The translations under genes were made by a program, and so were the position numbers. A stretch of DNA of 64,000 nucleotides from Candidatus Bathyarchaeota archaeon. Its GTDB lineage: Archaea; Thermoproteota; Bathyarchaeia; Bathyarchaeales; Bathycorpusculaceae. Positions 30,164 through 38,286 of the stretch are shown here, in pieces. The stretch's first letter is position 1. Each line of letters opens with the position of its first letter. The stretch spans positions 672,001-736,000 of the forward strand of contig CAWHXY010000004.1 in assembly GCA_963833575.1 (NCBI GenBank). The letters run 5' to 3'. The notes below the pieces were generated by a model. It had not been told where the DNA came from. It worked only from the letters and a program-made list of their open reading frames with translations, and searched no databases.

Positions 30164-30255
30164 ATCAGTTCACGTTCACATTGAATAGCGAGTAATTTGC
30201 TAATTAAAGTTTATTTATCGTTCAAACAATCGCTTAATATAAGAAAAAACATGGT

Positions 30256-30834
30256 TTATTTTTCTTGGTCGAGTTCTATCCTGCATTCATCGCAAATGTT
30301 TTGTCCGTTTCGTTCTTTGAGACTTTCCGAGTATACATTGCATCGATCGCAGTATCCAGACATTGGAACCTCTTCGGTTTCTTCAGTTCTAGCGTTGCCT
30401 TCGATCCTTGATCTTTCGAGAATCGTCTCTATTAGTTCAGGCATTACGCCTAGTACATCTTTACTTGAGATTATTCCAACAAGGTTACCCTTGTAAATTA
30501 CGCCTAGACGTCTGATATCTAGTCGATTCATTCTTCTGGCTGCTTCAGTGATTGTTGCTTCTGGTTCAATTGTTACCAATGGGGTTGTCATAATTTCTTT
30601 AGCCTTAACTGTGTCTGGTTTGAGGTTTTTAGCTAGGACTCTAATCACTAGGTCCCGTTCGGTAATAATTCCGATTGACTTACCCACCTGATTTGTTACT
30701 ATTACTGCACCTAAGGCCTCGTGATCCATAGCGATTGCAGCTTTGTTTGAACATTCATTCTCATCCATAGTCACAACTGGACTACTCATAACATCTCTTA
30801 CCAACATTTTTGTTCCTAACCCAAGTTCAGACAC
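30256..30834 (-). CDS. Tandem CBS-domain protein with C-terminal Zn finger (GTG start inferred)
   Basis: VRDVMSSPVVT, GIITERD, GIISSKD; C-terminal GYCDRC...ICDEC. Confidence 0.88.
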   Translation of the reverse strand: MSELGLGTKMLVRDVMSSPVVTMDENECSNKAAIAMDHEALGAVIVTNQVGKSIGIITERDLVIRVLAKNLKPDTVKAKEIMTTPLVTIEPEATITEAARRMNRLDIRRLGVIYKGNLVGIISSKDVLGVMPELIETILERSRIEGNARTEETEEVPMSGYCDRCNVYSESLKERNGQNICDECRIELDQEK

Positions 30835-30964
30835 AATTTCACTTCCTACACAATTATGTAAGCTCAGCTTCACTTCAACAATAAAGAGATCCATAATTTA
30901 AGACTTACTTAACAGGGAATTTTGCCCTGTGAAGTTTTATTAGACTCATAACCGATAGGACACA

Positions 30965-31873
30965 ATGCAAATCGAGGAAACAATTATGCTTCGAACAAAT
31001 ACTGAGAAACTCATTAAAATGTCAGTCATGGGCGAAATAGCTAGCCCGACAATCCGATCAGTATATAATGTTTCGGCAACTGGGAAGCCGATGGTGTTGC
31101 CTGGAGTAGGTGGCATAACTTACAATTTGAGAATTGGAGATTTAGCGTGCGGTTGGGAAGCGGATCATGTAGAGCCTGGCGTTAGTGTTGAAAACAAAGA
31201 AAACGATACTCGCTCAGGACAAGCAGCTAACACTGCCTTTAACGTGCTATCCTGCATTGGAAACAAAGCAATAGTTGTTAATGGCGATGCCAAGGGCGCT
31301 GAGGGAACAGTTACAGGTAAACATGGTGGAATCGAACATGTGCTAGTTGATTTTCCAATAGAGATTCTGCATAAGCTCATACCTGGAGATAGAATTCTAG
31401 TAAAATCTTTTGGCATCGGGTTAAAACTCATCGACTTACCAGAAATCAAAGTTCTAAATATGGACCCGTCATTGCTTGAGGCATGGAACCCACAGCCGAA
31501 GGACGACAAGCTTGAGGTACAAGTTACTCATATTATTCCAGCCGCCATCATGGGTTCAGGCTTGGGAGCTAATCAAGTTAACTCAGGAGACTATGACATC
31601 CAATTATTCGATGAAACAATCGTTAAGCAGTATGATCTTGAAAGCTTACGGCTTGGTGACTTGGTAGCTATTATAGATGCAGATCATTCATTTGGAAGAA
31701 TTTACCGTCAGGGCGCTGTCACAGTGGGTGTAGTAATTCATTCAAATTGTGTCACTGCCGGGCATGGTCCAGGAGTCACAACTTTAATGACTTCATCTGT
31801 TGGAAAAATTATCCCGGAAATAAGTGCCAAAGCTAATATTGCTTCTCTACTAAACTTAAGAGCATATATATAA
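30965..31873 (+). CDS. DUF4438-family protein
   Basis: LPGVGGITYN, DHVEPGVS, GKHGGIEH, GDYDI, GHGPGVT. Confidence 0.8.
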   Translation: MQIEETIMLRTNTEKLIKMSVMGEIASPTIRSVYNVSATGKPMVLPGVGGITYNLRIGDLACGWEADHVEPGVSVENKENDTRSGQAANTAFNVLSCIGNKAIVVNGDAKGAEGTVTGKHGGIEHVLVDFPIEILHKLIPGDRILVKSFGIGLKLIDLPEIKVLNMDPSLLEAWNPQPKDDKLEVQVTHIIPAAIMGSGLGANQVNSGDYDIQLFDETIVKQYDLESLRLGDLVAIIDADHSFGRIYRQGAVTVGVVIHSNCVTAGHGPGVTTLMTSSVGKIIPEISAKANIASLLNLRAYI

Positions 31874-31924
31874 GATAGTTTAATCCATAATTGGAAAAAT
31901 AGAGAGAATAAGAGGTTAAAATAA

Positions 31925-32215
31925 TTGCCATCTAAGCGAAAAAGCCGAGGAAGAGCCAAAGGAAGCAAAGGAAGCAGCAGCCTTGTTCAATGCGCTAATT
32001 GCGGGGCAATGGTACCACGCGATAAGGCAAAGAGAAATACCCGACGTGTTTCGTTTGTTGAGCCTCAATTAGCTAAGGAGCTTAGGCAAAAAGGCACGTT
32101 TCTAGCTTCGTGGGTGGACACGAAATACTATTGTATATCTTGTGCTGTTCACCGTGGAATTGTTAACGTTAGAGCAGAAGCCGAACGCCATTCACGGGCA
32201 AAAAGAAGATACTAA
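31925..32215 (+). CDS. rps26e: 30S ribosomal protein S26e
   Basis: MPSKRKSRGR..G, VQCANCG..VPRDKA, YCISCAVH. Confidence 0.95.
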   Translation: MPSKRKSRGRAKGSKGSSSLVQCANCGAMVPRDKAKRNTRRVSFVEPQLAKELRQKGTFLASWVDTKYYCISCAVHRGIVNVRAEAERHSRAKRRY

Positions 32216-32856
32216 ATCGCTACAGCTTTTTTCTTTAATTCCGTGTAAACATGAAATGCTCTTTGTACAACGGTAAAGTTTGAAAGTACAGCCAACAGGA
32301 ATATGCCGTAGCCTAAGGCGGGTAACCAGAAAAATGCGATTATGCTTACAGCAGCCAAAATAAGCATACGTTCTGCCCTTTCAGCCAAACCCACTGACTC
32401 CATTTTTATACCTGCCGCTTCCGCCCTTGCACGACTGTAACTTACCAGCAAAGAGCCTGCTAAAGCGGCTAAGCCCCAAATTGGCCCCCAAGTTGATCCC
32501 CAAACTGTATTGCACAATCCCGCGATAATTATAGCGGCGTAGACTGCTGCATCCGCGTACCTGTCAAGAATTGAATCAAAAAAGCCGCCGAAGACGGTTG
32601 TTTGTTTGAAAGTTCTTGCGACAATACCATCAAGAGTGTCGCAGAAGCCCGAAGCTAAAAGAAGTACTGTTGCGAATAGAAGAAGCCACAATTGATTTTG
32701 AGCTAAAGTGTATGCACCAGCTGATGCTAAGGCGAGGATAAATCCTACAATGCTTATTTTGTTTGGAGTCAAACCTATTTTGTGAGCTGCTATTGCTTGG
32801 GAACTTAGCATTTGCTGAATTCTTTTCTTCAATTTAGTAAGCAAGTTAACTCTCAA
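32212..32856 (-). CDS. CDP-alcohol phosphatidyltransferase (archaetidylinositol phosphate synthase-like)
   Basis: TPN, DTLDGIVAR..GGFFDSILDRYAD, SYSRARAE, GLAERAER. Confidence 0.9.
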   Translation of the reverse strand: MRVNLLTKLKKRIQQMLSSQAIAAHKIGLTPNKISIVGFILALASAGAYTLAQNQLWLLLFATVLLLASGFCDTLDGIVARTFKQTTVFGGFFDSILDRYADAAVYAAIIIAGLCNTVWGSTWGPIWGLAALAGSLLVSYSRARAEAAGIKMESVGLAERAERMLILAAVSIIAFFWLPALGYGIFLLAVLSNFTVVQRAFHVYTELKKKAVAI

Positions 32857-33073
32857 CCAGCTTAAATGTTAAAAGCTCATTATAAGTTGGCTGTAGAAAA
32901 GGCTTTCCAGCGAATATAGAGCTTACATGCTTAACAATTCTGGCTACGAACTGCTTCTTTCAATGAAACTTATTAGGAAGAACAATTATTATTTTGAATT
33001 AACGTTTCCGTTGCAAGCCAAGTGCATGTAACAGCAACGTTATACAAAGCAAACAAAAAGGAGCATAAACAAA

Positions 33074-33361
33074 ATGACTGAAAATGCAGATGTTATCTTC
33101 GTGGGAAACAAACCTCCAATGAGCTATGTTCTGGCAATCATAACAAGCCTATCAGCAAGTAACCTAAAAGAAATCACTTTGAAAGCGCGAGGTCAGGCTA
33201 TTACTACTGCTGTTGACGTAGCTGAGATCACAAGAAACCGGTTCATTAAAGACCTCAAAGTAAGCAAGATTGCTATAGGGACAGCCGAGATGCCACCACG
33301 TGAGGGAGAAAGCAAGTCCAGAATGGTTTCCACGATGGAGATAACCCTAAGCAAAAAGTAA
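33074..33361 (+). CDS. albA: DNA/RNA-binding protein Alba
   Basis: VGNKPPMSYVLA, KARGQAITTAVDVAE, VSTMEITL. Confidence 0.95.
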   Translation: MTENADVIFVGNKPPMSYVLAIITSLSASNLKEITLKARGQAITTAVDVAEITRNRFIKDLKVSKIAIGTAEMPPREGESKSRMVSTMEITLSKK

Positions 33362-33584
33362 AAACTGGATACAGTAAACCAACAGAAATCAATTCCAAAA
33401 CTTTTCTTATTTTTTAATCCACCCTTAGCAATATTTCACATCAACTAAACGTTTTACCACTCATCAGGTTCTAACTTGATCATCCAAAGTGAAGCCCTTT
33501 ACAAAACTCTGAATCAAGACAATCCTACATCGCAAAGTTAAATAGCTGATTTTGTTAGTTAGAGAATTATTCCGTGTGAGTCCA

Positions 33585-34874
33585 ATGTTAGATATCAAGC
33601 TTATTCGTGAAAATCCAGACCTTATAAAGGATAACTTGGCTAAGCGAGGCAACCCTGAATGCGTTCAAATGTTAGCAGACTTAATCGCAATAGACAAAGA
33701 ATGGCGGATGAACCTAACAAAACTAAACGAATTTCGCCACGAAAGAAAACAAGTAACTATAGAAATTGCTAAACTAAAAAAGGCCCGCAAAGAAGCTGAC
33801 GACGAAGTTCGAAGCGCTCAAGACATTGACGAAAAAATAACAAGCCTTGAGAAATTAGTTGTTTCGCAAGAACAAAAAGAACATGATTACCTCATGCAAC
33901 TTCCAAATTTGCTGGATGATTCTGTTCCGCTTGGAAAAGACTCTAATGATAACGTCCAAATTAAAACGTGGGGAGTAATCCCGAAATTTAGTTTTCAAAT
34001 AAAAAATCACATTGACTTAGCCCTGGAGCTGGACCAAATTGATATGGAAAGGGCTGGGAAAATTTCAGGCGCCAGATTTTTCTATCTTAAAAACCAAGTT
34101 GCCCAGTTAGATATGGCTTTAATGTGTCTTGCGATTGAGGAGCTAGCAAAAAAAGGGTACACCCCAATTATTCCTCCGTATTTAATGACACGAAAAGCAT
34201 ACGAGGGAGTAACAGCTCTAGACGACTTCGCTGATGTGCTCTACAAAGTTGAAAACGAAGACCTGTACCTCATTGCCACTTCTGAGCATCCTATGGCTGC
34301 AATGTACATGAACGAAGTGTTAAAAGAACAAGAAATGCCTGTGAAGCTTGCTGGAATAAGCACCTGTTTTAGGAAAGAAGCAGGGGCTCATGGCAAAGAC
34401 ACAAGAGGAATATTTCGCACTCACCAATTCAACAAAATAGAACAATTCATCTTTTGTAAGCCAGAAGACTCGACTAAGCTACATGAAGAACTACTTCAGA
34501 ACGCAGAAGAGTTTCTTCAAAAACTTGAATTACCATACCGAGTTGTCAATGTTTGTACGGGCGACATTGGAACTGTAGCGGCTAAAAAATATGACATTGA
34601 AGCTTGGATGCCTGCCCAAAACGGTTACCGTGAAGTGGTCTCATGTAGCAACTGTACCGATTATCAAGGAAGACGGTTAGGTATTCGTTATAGAGAAAAA
34701 GAAGGCGCACCGACAAAAGGATTTGTTCATACTTTAAACTCTACGGCTGTTGCTACTGGGAGAACCATAGTAGCTCTATTGGAAAACAATCAGCAAGAGG
34801 ATGGTACAATAAAAGTACCTGAAGCTTTGAGGAAATACATGGGGAATACAGATAAAATCGTGAGAAAACTCTAA
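33585..34874 (+). CDS. serS: Seryl-tRNA synthetase (start trimmed to MLDIKLIREN)
   Basis: LIATSEHP, FRKEAGAHGKDTRGIFRTHQF, SCSNCTDYQ, HTLN. Confidence 0.97.
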   Translation: MLDIKLIRENPDLIKDNLAKRGNPECVQMLADLIAIDKEWRMNLTKLNEFRHERKQVTIEIAKLKKARKEADDEVRSAQDIDEKITSLEKLVVSQEQKEHDYLMQLPNLLDDSVPLGKDSNDNVQIKTWGVIPKFSFQIKNHIDLALELDQIDMERAGKISGARFFYLKNQVAQLDMALMCLAIEELAKKGYTPIIPPYLMTRKAYEGVTALDDFADVLYKVENEDLYLIATSEHPMAAMYMNEVLKEQEMPVKLAGISTCFRKEAGAHGKDTRGIFRTHQFNKIEQFIFCKPEDSTKLHEELLQNAEEFLQKLELPYRVVNVCTGDIGTVAAKKYDIEAWMPAQNGYREVVSCSNCTDYQGRRLGIRYREKEGAPTKGFVHTLNSTAVATGRTIVALLENNQQEDGTIKVPEALRKYMGNTDKIVRKL

Positions 34875-34924
34875 ACCTTTTAATATTTCTATGAGATTGT
34901 TGATGCACGTTTGGAGAAATTAAT

Positions 34925-35560
34925 TTGTCTTCAAAATCAAAACACATTAGAGATAAATGGCGTGGAAAAGGATGGTACATGGTTGTTGCCCCATCCTTCT
35001 TTGGGAACATTGAGTTAGGTGCAATACCGGCTCAAGAGCCAGAACAGCTTATCGGAAGAGTTGTTGAAGCGACTTTATATGATATAACAAGCGACTTTTC
35101 ACATCACTATTTGAAAATGTTCTTTCAAGTTAATGAGGTTGACCAAAAAAATGCCAAGACACTGTTTAAAGGTCATGAATACTCACGAGATTATCTTAGA
35201 AGCCTAGTTCGAAGAAGAACCACAAAAGTTGATTCACTGATTAATCTAACCACTAAAGATGGATACAAGCTCAGGATTGCAGTTTCCGCGTTGACACTAT
35301 CCAGGATAAAGACCTCTCAGGAGAAAATAATCCGCAAAATAATGGATGCCACAATCCATCAAAAAGCCGCCGCTTTATCGCTCGACCAGTTTGTTCAAGA
35401 GATGGTTCTTGGCAAAATCGCTTCAGACATCTATAATCAAGCAAAAGAAGTTGCTCCATTAAGACATGTAGGTATAAGAAAATCTAAGCTCTTAGCAGCA
35501 CCACAGATTGCACCAGTGAAAGAAGCCCAAGTTCTTCAAGCTCCCGAAGCTCAAGCATAA
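34925..35560 (+). CDS. rps3ae: 30S ribosomal protein S3Ae (eS1)
   Basis: RDKW..K.WY..AP.FFG, DYLRSLVRR, PLRHVGIRKSK. Confidence 0.96.
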   Translation: MSSKSKHIRDKWRGKGWYMVVAPSFFGNIELGAIPAQEPEQLIGRVVEATLYDITSDFSHHYLKMFFQVNEVDQKNAKTLFKGHEYSRDYLRSLVRRRTTKVDSLINLTTKDGYKLRIAVSALTLSRIKTSQEKIIRKIMDATIHQKAAALSLDQFVQEMVLGKIASDIYNQAKEVAPLRHVGIRKSKLLAAPQIAPVKEAQVLQAPEAQA

Positions 35561-35657
35561 CCTAACTCTTTTTTATTTCTTGGTTTCTTAGAGCAAAATA
35601 CTTTAGAAACGACAGTCTAGACTAAAACGCTTCGGGTTGGAGCGGGAAGTGTGATAC

Positions 35658-36116
35658 TTGTCGGCAAATGCGGGAGTACATGAAAAAGGAACTTTCACGG
35701 TTCAAGATACAATTGATAACATTAAGAAAGACCCCAACTATCCTAAAGCTGGAGCGATAGGACTTTTTATCGGAGTAGTGAGGGGCGAAACTCTAAAAGG
35801 AGAAAAAGTCGAAAAGCTGGAGCTCGAAGCCTATGAAGAAAAAGCTAACCAAGTTTTGGCTAAAATCTGTGATGATTTAACCTTAAAACCAGGAATAACC
35901 AATGTTCAAATCCATCATTTGCTAGGCGAATTTAACGTTGGGGATGACTTAGTTTATGTCGCTGTTGCTGGTTCTCATCGAACAGATATCTTTCCAGTTC
36001 TTCGAGAAGCAGTAGAGAGATACAAAAGTGAGGCACCAGTTTTCAAAAAAGAACAAATAGTTGACACAGAAGGTTCAACATCTAAATATTGGGTTTCAGA
36101 AAAACACGAACACTAA
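35658..36116 (+). CDS. moaE: Molybdopterin synthase catalytic subunit
   Basis: GAIGLFIGVVR, LELEAYE, HR, APVFKKE. Confidence 0.92.
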   Translation: MSANAGVHEKGTFTVQDTIDNIKKDPNYPKAGAIGLFIGVVRGETLKGEKVEKLELEAYEEKANQVLAKICDDLTLKPGITNVQIHHLLGEFNVGDDLVYVAVAGSHRTDIFPVLREAVERYKSEAPVFKKEQIVDTEGSTSKYWVSEKHEH

Positions 36117-36143
36117 CCCCAAATTACCTACGAGGTAAATGCT

Positions 36144-37061
36144 ATGATTACAGCTTTAGCAGGCGGAGTTGGCGCAGCAAGATTTCTCACTGGTTTATTG
36201 AAGATTGTTAAAGAAGAAGACCTTTCTGTGATCGTAAATACCGGTGACGACATAGAAATGTTCGGCCTACATATTTCGCCTGACATCGACATCGTAGCTT
36301 ACACTTTAGCAGGAATTGTCGACGAAGAAAGAGGGTGGGGAATAAAAGGCGATACCTTTCAAGGTCTGGAAATGCTGAAAAAACTTGGCCTAGAAACATG
36401 GTTTGCATTAGGCGATAAGGATTTTGCTACACATATTTTTCGAACTGAATTGTTAAAAGCAGGTTTTACTCTTTCACAGGCAACTGACAAAATCTGTCAC
36501 GCCTTAGGCATTAGCGTTAAACTTTTGCCTATGACGAATGACAAGTTTGAGACGAGGATAAAAGTTGAGGATGGGTCAATTCATTTTGAAGAATATTTTG
36601 TCAAAAGGGGATCAAAAGAAAAAGTTTTAGGAGTAGAGTTCGCTGGCGCTCCCAGCGCGAAGCCTTCGCCTAAAGTGATAGACTCAATTATGGATGCAGA
36701 TACAGTCATCATTTGCCCTAGCAACCCGATAGTTAGCATTGGCACTATTTTATCAATAGATGGTATAAGAGACGCGTTAAGGAAAACAAGCGGTACAGTT
36801 ATTGGGATTAGCCCTATTGTTGCCGGTGCCCCGATTAAGGGTCCTGCAGATAAACTGTTGCGCGGTTTAGGGTTTGAAGTATCAGCTTTTGGTGTCGCTA
36901 AGCTTTACGCCGATTTTATAGATACTTTTGTCATCGATAATATTGATGAAGCTGAGAAGAATCGTATAGAGAGCCTTGGCATTCGAGTGAAAGTTACGAA
37001 CACAATTATGAAGAGTTTGGAAAATAAGAGTCAATTGGCCAAAGTTGTTTTAGAAGAATAA
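36144..37061 (+). CDS. cofD: 2-phospho-L-lactate transferase (F420 biosynthesis)
   Basis: GGVGAARFL, VNTGDD, ISPDID, LGDKD, HFEEYFV, PSNPIVSI, GPADK. Confidence 0.95.
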   Translation: MITALAGGVGAARFLTGLLKIVKEEDLSVIVNTGDDIEMFGLHISPDIDIVAYTLAGIVDEERGWGIKGDTFQGLEMLKKLGLETWFALGDKDFATHIFRTELLKAGFTLSQATDKICHALGISVKLLPMTNDKFETRIKVEDGSIHFEEYFVKRGSKEKVLGVEFAGAPSAKPSPKVIDSIMDADTVIICPSNPIVSIGTILSIDGIRDALRKTSGTVIGISPIVAGAPIKGPADKLLRGLGFEVSAFGVAKLYADFIDTFVIDNIDEAEKNRIESLGIRVKVTNTIMKSLENKSQLAKVVLEE

Positions 37062-37470
37062 AGAAAAAAGCAAATATATAGACTAAATAAGTGACTATAT
37101 ACTATCTGGACTGACTAAATAAGCTAGAAGAATGCTTTCTAAAGCAAGAGCGCCATGCAAAAGAAGAAAACCAAAAACCAATGTGCAAAAAACGAAACAC
37201 CATGGTACTTCAACCATGTCTAATGCATTGAAACATCAGTTTTAGAGAAGGGGGAAATTCTGAAGGGAAATAGTGGTGAAAAAAGAAAATAGAAGACGAA
37301 AAAGCCGATCTCTTGGACTGGCTATTAGCAATTGATGCATCATTAAAGTAATGTATGATTAAATGGTCCGCTGAGAGGAAGAGATAATGTGTCTAACACT
37401 AAATGGTATTGTGTTTTTTAGAAGAAGGGTTATATTTCAAATTAAGTCAATAGTAAGGCAGTGATGAGAA

Positions 37471-38139
37471 TTGGAAAGAAAAAGTTACGATTGGTTTGAG
37501 CAACGACGCAAAACTAGAGGATTAGAGCTAGCCCATGATCAGATAGCCAAAGCTTTCGACACCGTAACTTGGCTTCATAAAGCAACCAAAAGCTTTGCGG
37601 AGAAAAATTTTCAAGAAACTCAAAAATACATCGACAATTTGTACAAGACTGAAGAAGGTGTAGATTCACTTCGAACGGATGTATTCATGGAGTTATCCAA
37701 AGGCGCAGCTCTTGTGGCAGATTACCGAGAAGATCTCTTGCACCTCGTTAAACGGCTAGATACGTTAGCTGACCACACTAAAGACGCAGCAAGATGCCTT
37801 GAAATGCTCTCTGGAGCAGATATTCCACAGGAACTTAGCGACAAAACAGTTTTTATGACAGGAAAACTTGTCGATACAGCTCAAACATTACGAAGCAGTA
37901 TAGAAAAAATCTCCTCTAACCCAACGGAAGCAATTAAAGAAGCGAAACAAGTCGGCGACATAGAACACGCAATTGATGTCGAATACTTGAAAACTAAAAG
38001 CTTATTCGTGAAATATGGCGCAAACATAAACTGCGGAGCCATGGTGATTTTTGATGACCTCATAGAATTCATTGAGCAAGCAGCAGACATGTGCGCAGAC
38101 ACAGCAGACTACATCTTGATACTCTCAAGCAGAGAATAA
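37471..38139 (+). CDS. DUF47/PhoU-like phosphate transport regulator
   Basis: Duplicated helical motifs EEGVD..R...REDL...D.LAD and EHAID...EQAADMCAD. Confidence 0.85.
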   Translation: MERKSYDWFEQRRKTRGLELAHDQIAKAFDTVTWLHKATKSFAEKNFQETQKYIDNLYKTEEGVDSLRTDVFMELSKGAALVADYREDLLHLVKRLDTLADHTKDAARCLEMLSGADIPQELSDKTVFMTGKLVDTAQTLRSSIEKISSNPTEAIKEAKQVGDIEHAIDVEYLKTKSLFVKYGANINCGAMVIFDDLIEFIEQAADMCADTADYILILSSRE

Positions 38140-38286
38140 AACACTTAACATTTCTTTAATATTTCTTAATTATTAATTCCAGGTTGTAATTCATACATTT
38201 TTAATAGCTCTTTTTGGCCTATTCGTATTTGTAGGTTTGAAGGATTCCGTCTCTGATTTCAATTAATTTAATATACATAATTTTTA

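Noticed and set aside
33445-33530. Minus-strand ATGATC...CTGA resembling half of a C/D box sRNA
   Set aside because: No convincing box C/D' pair and no target can be verified without a search.
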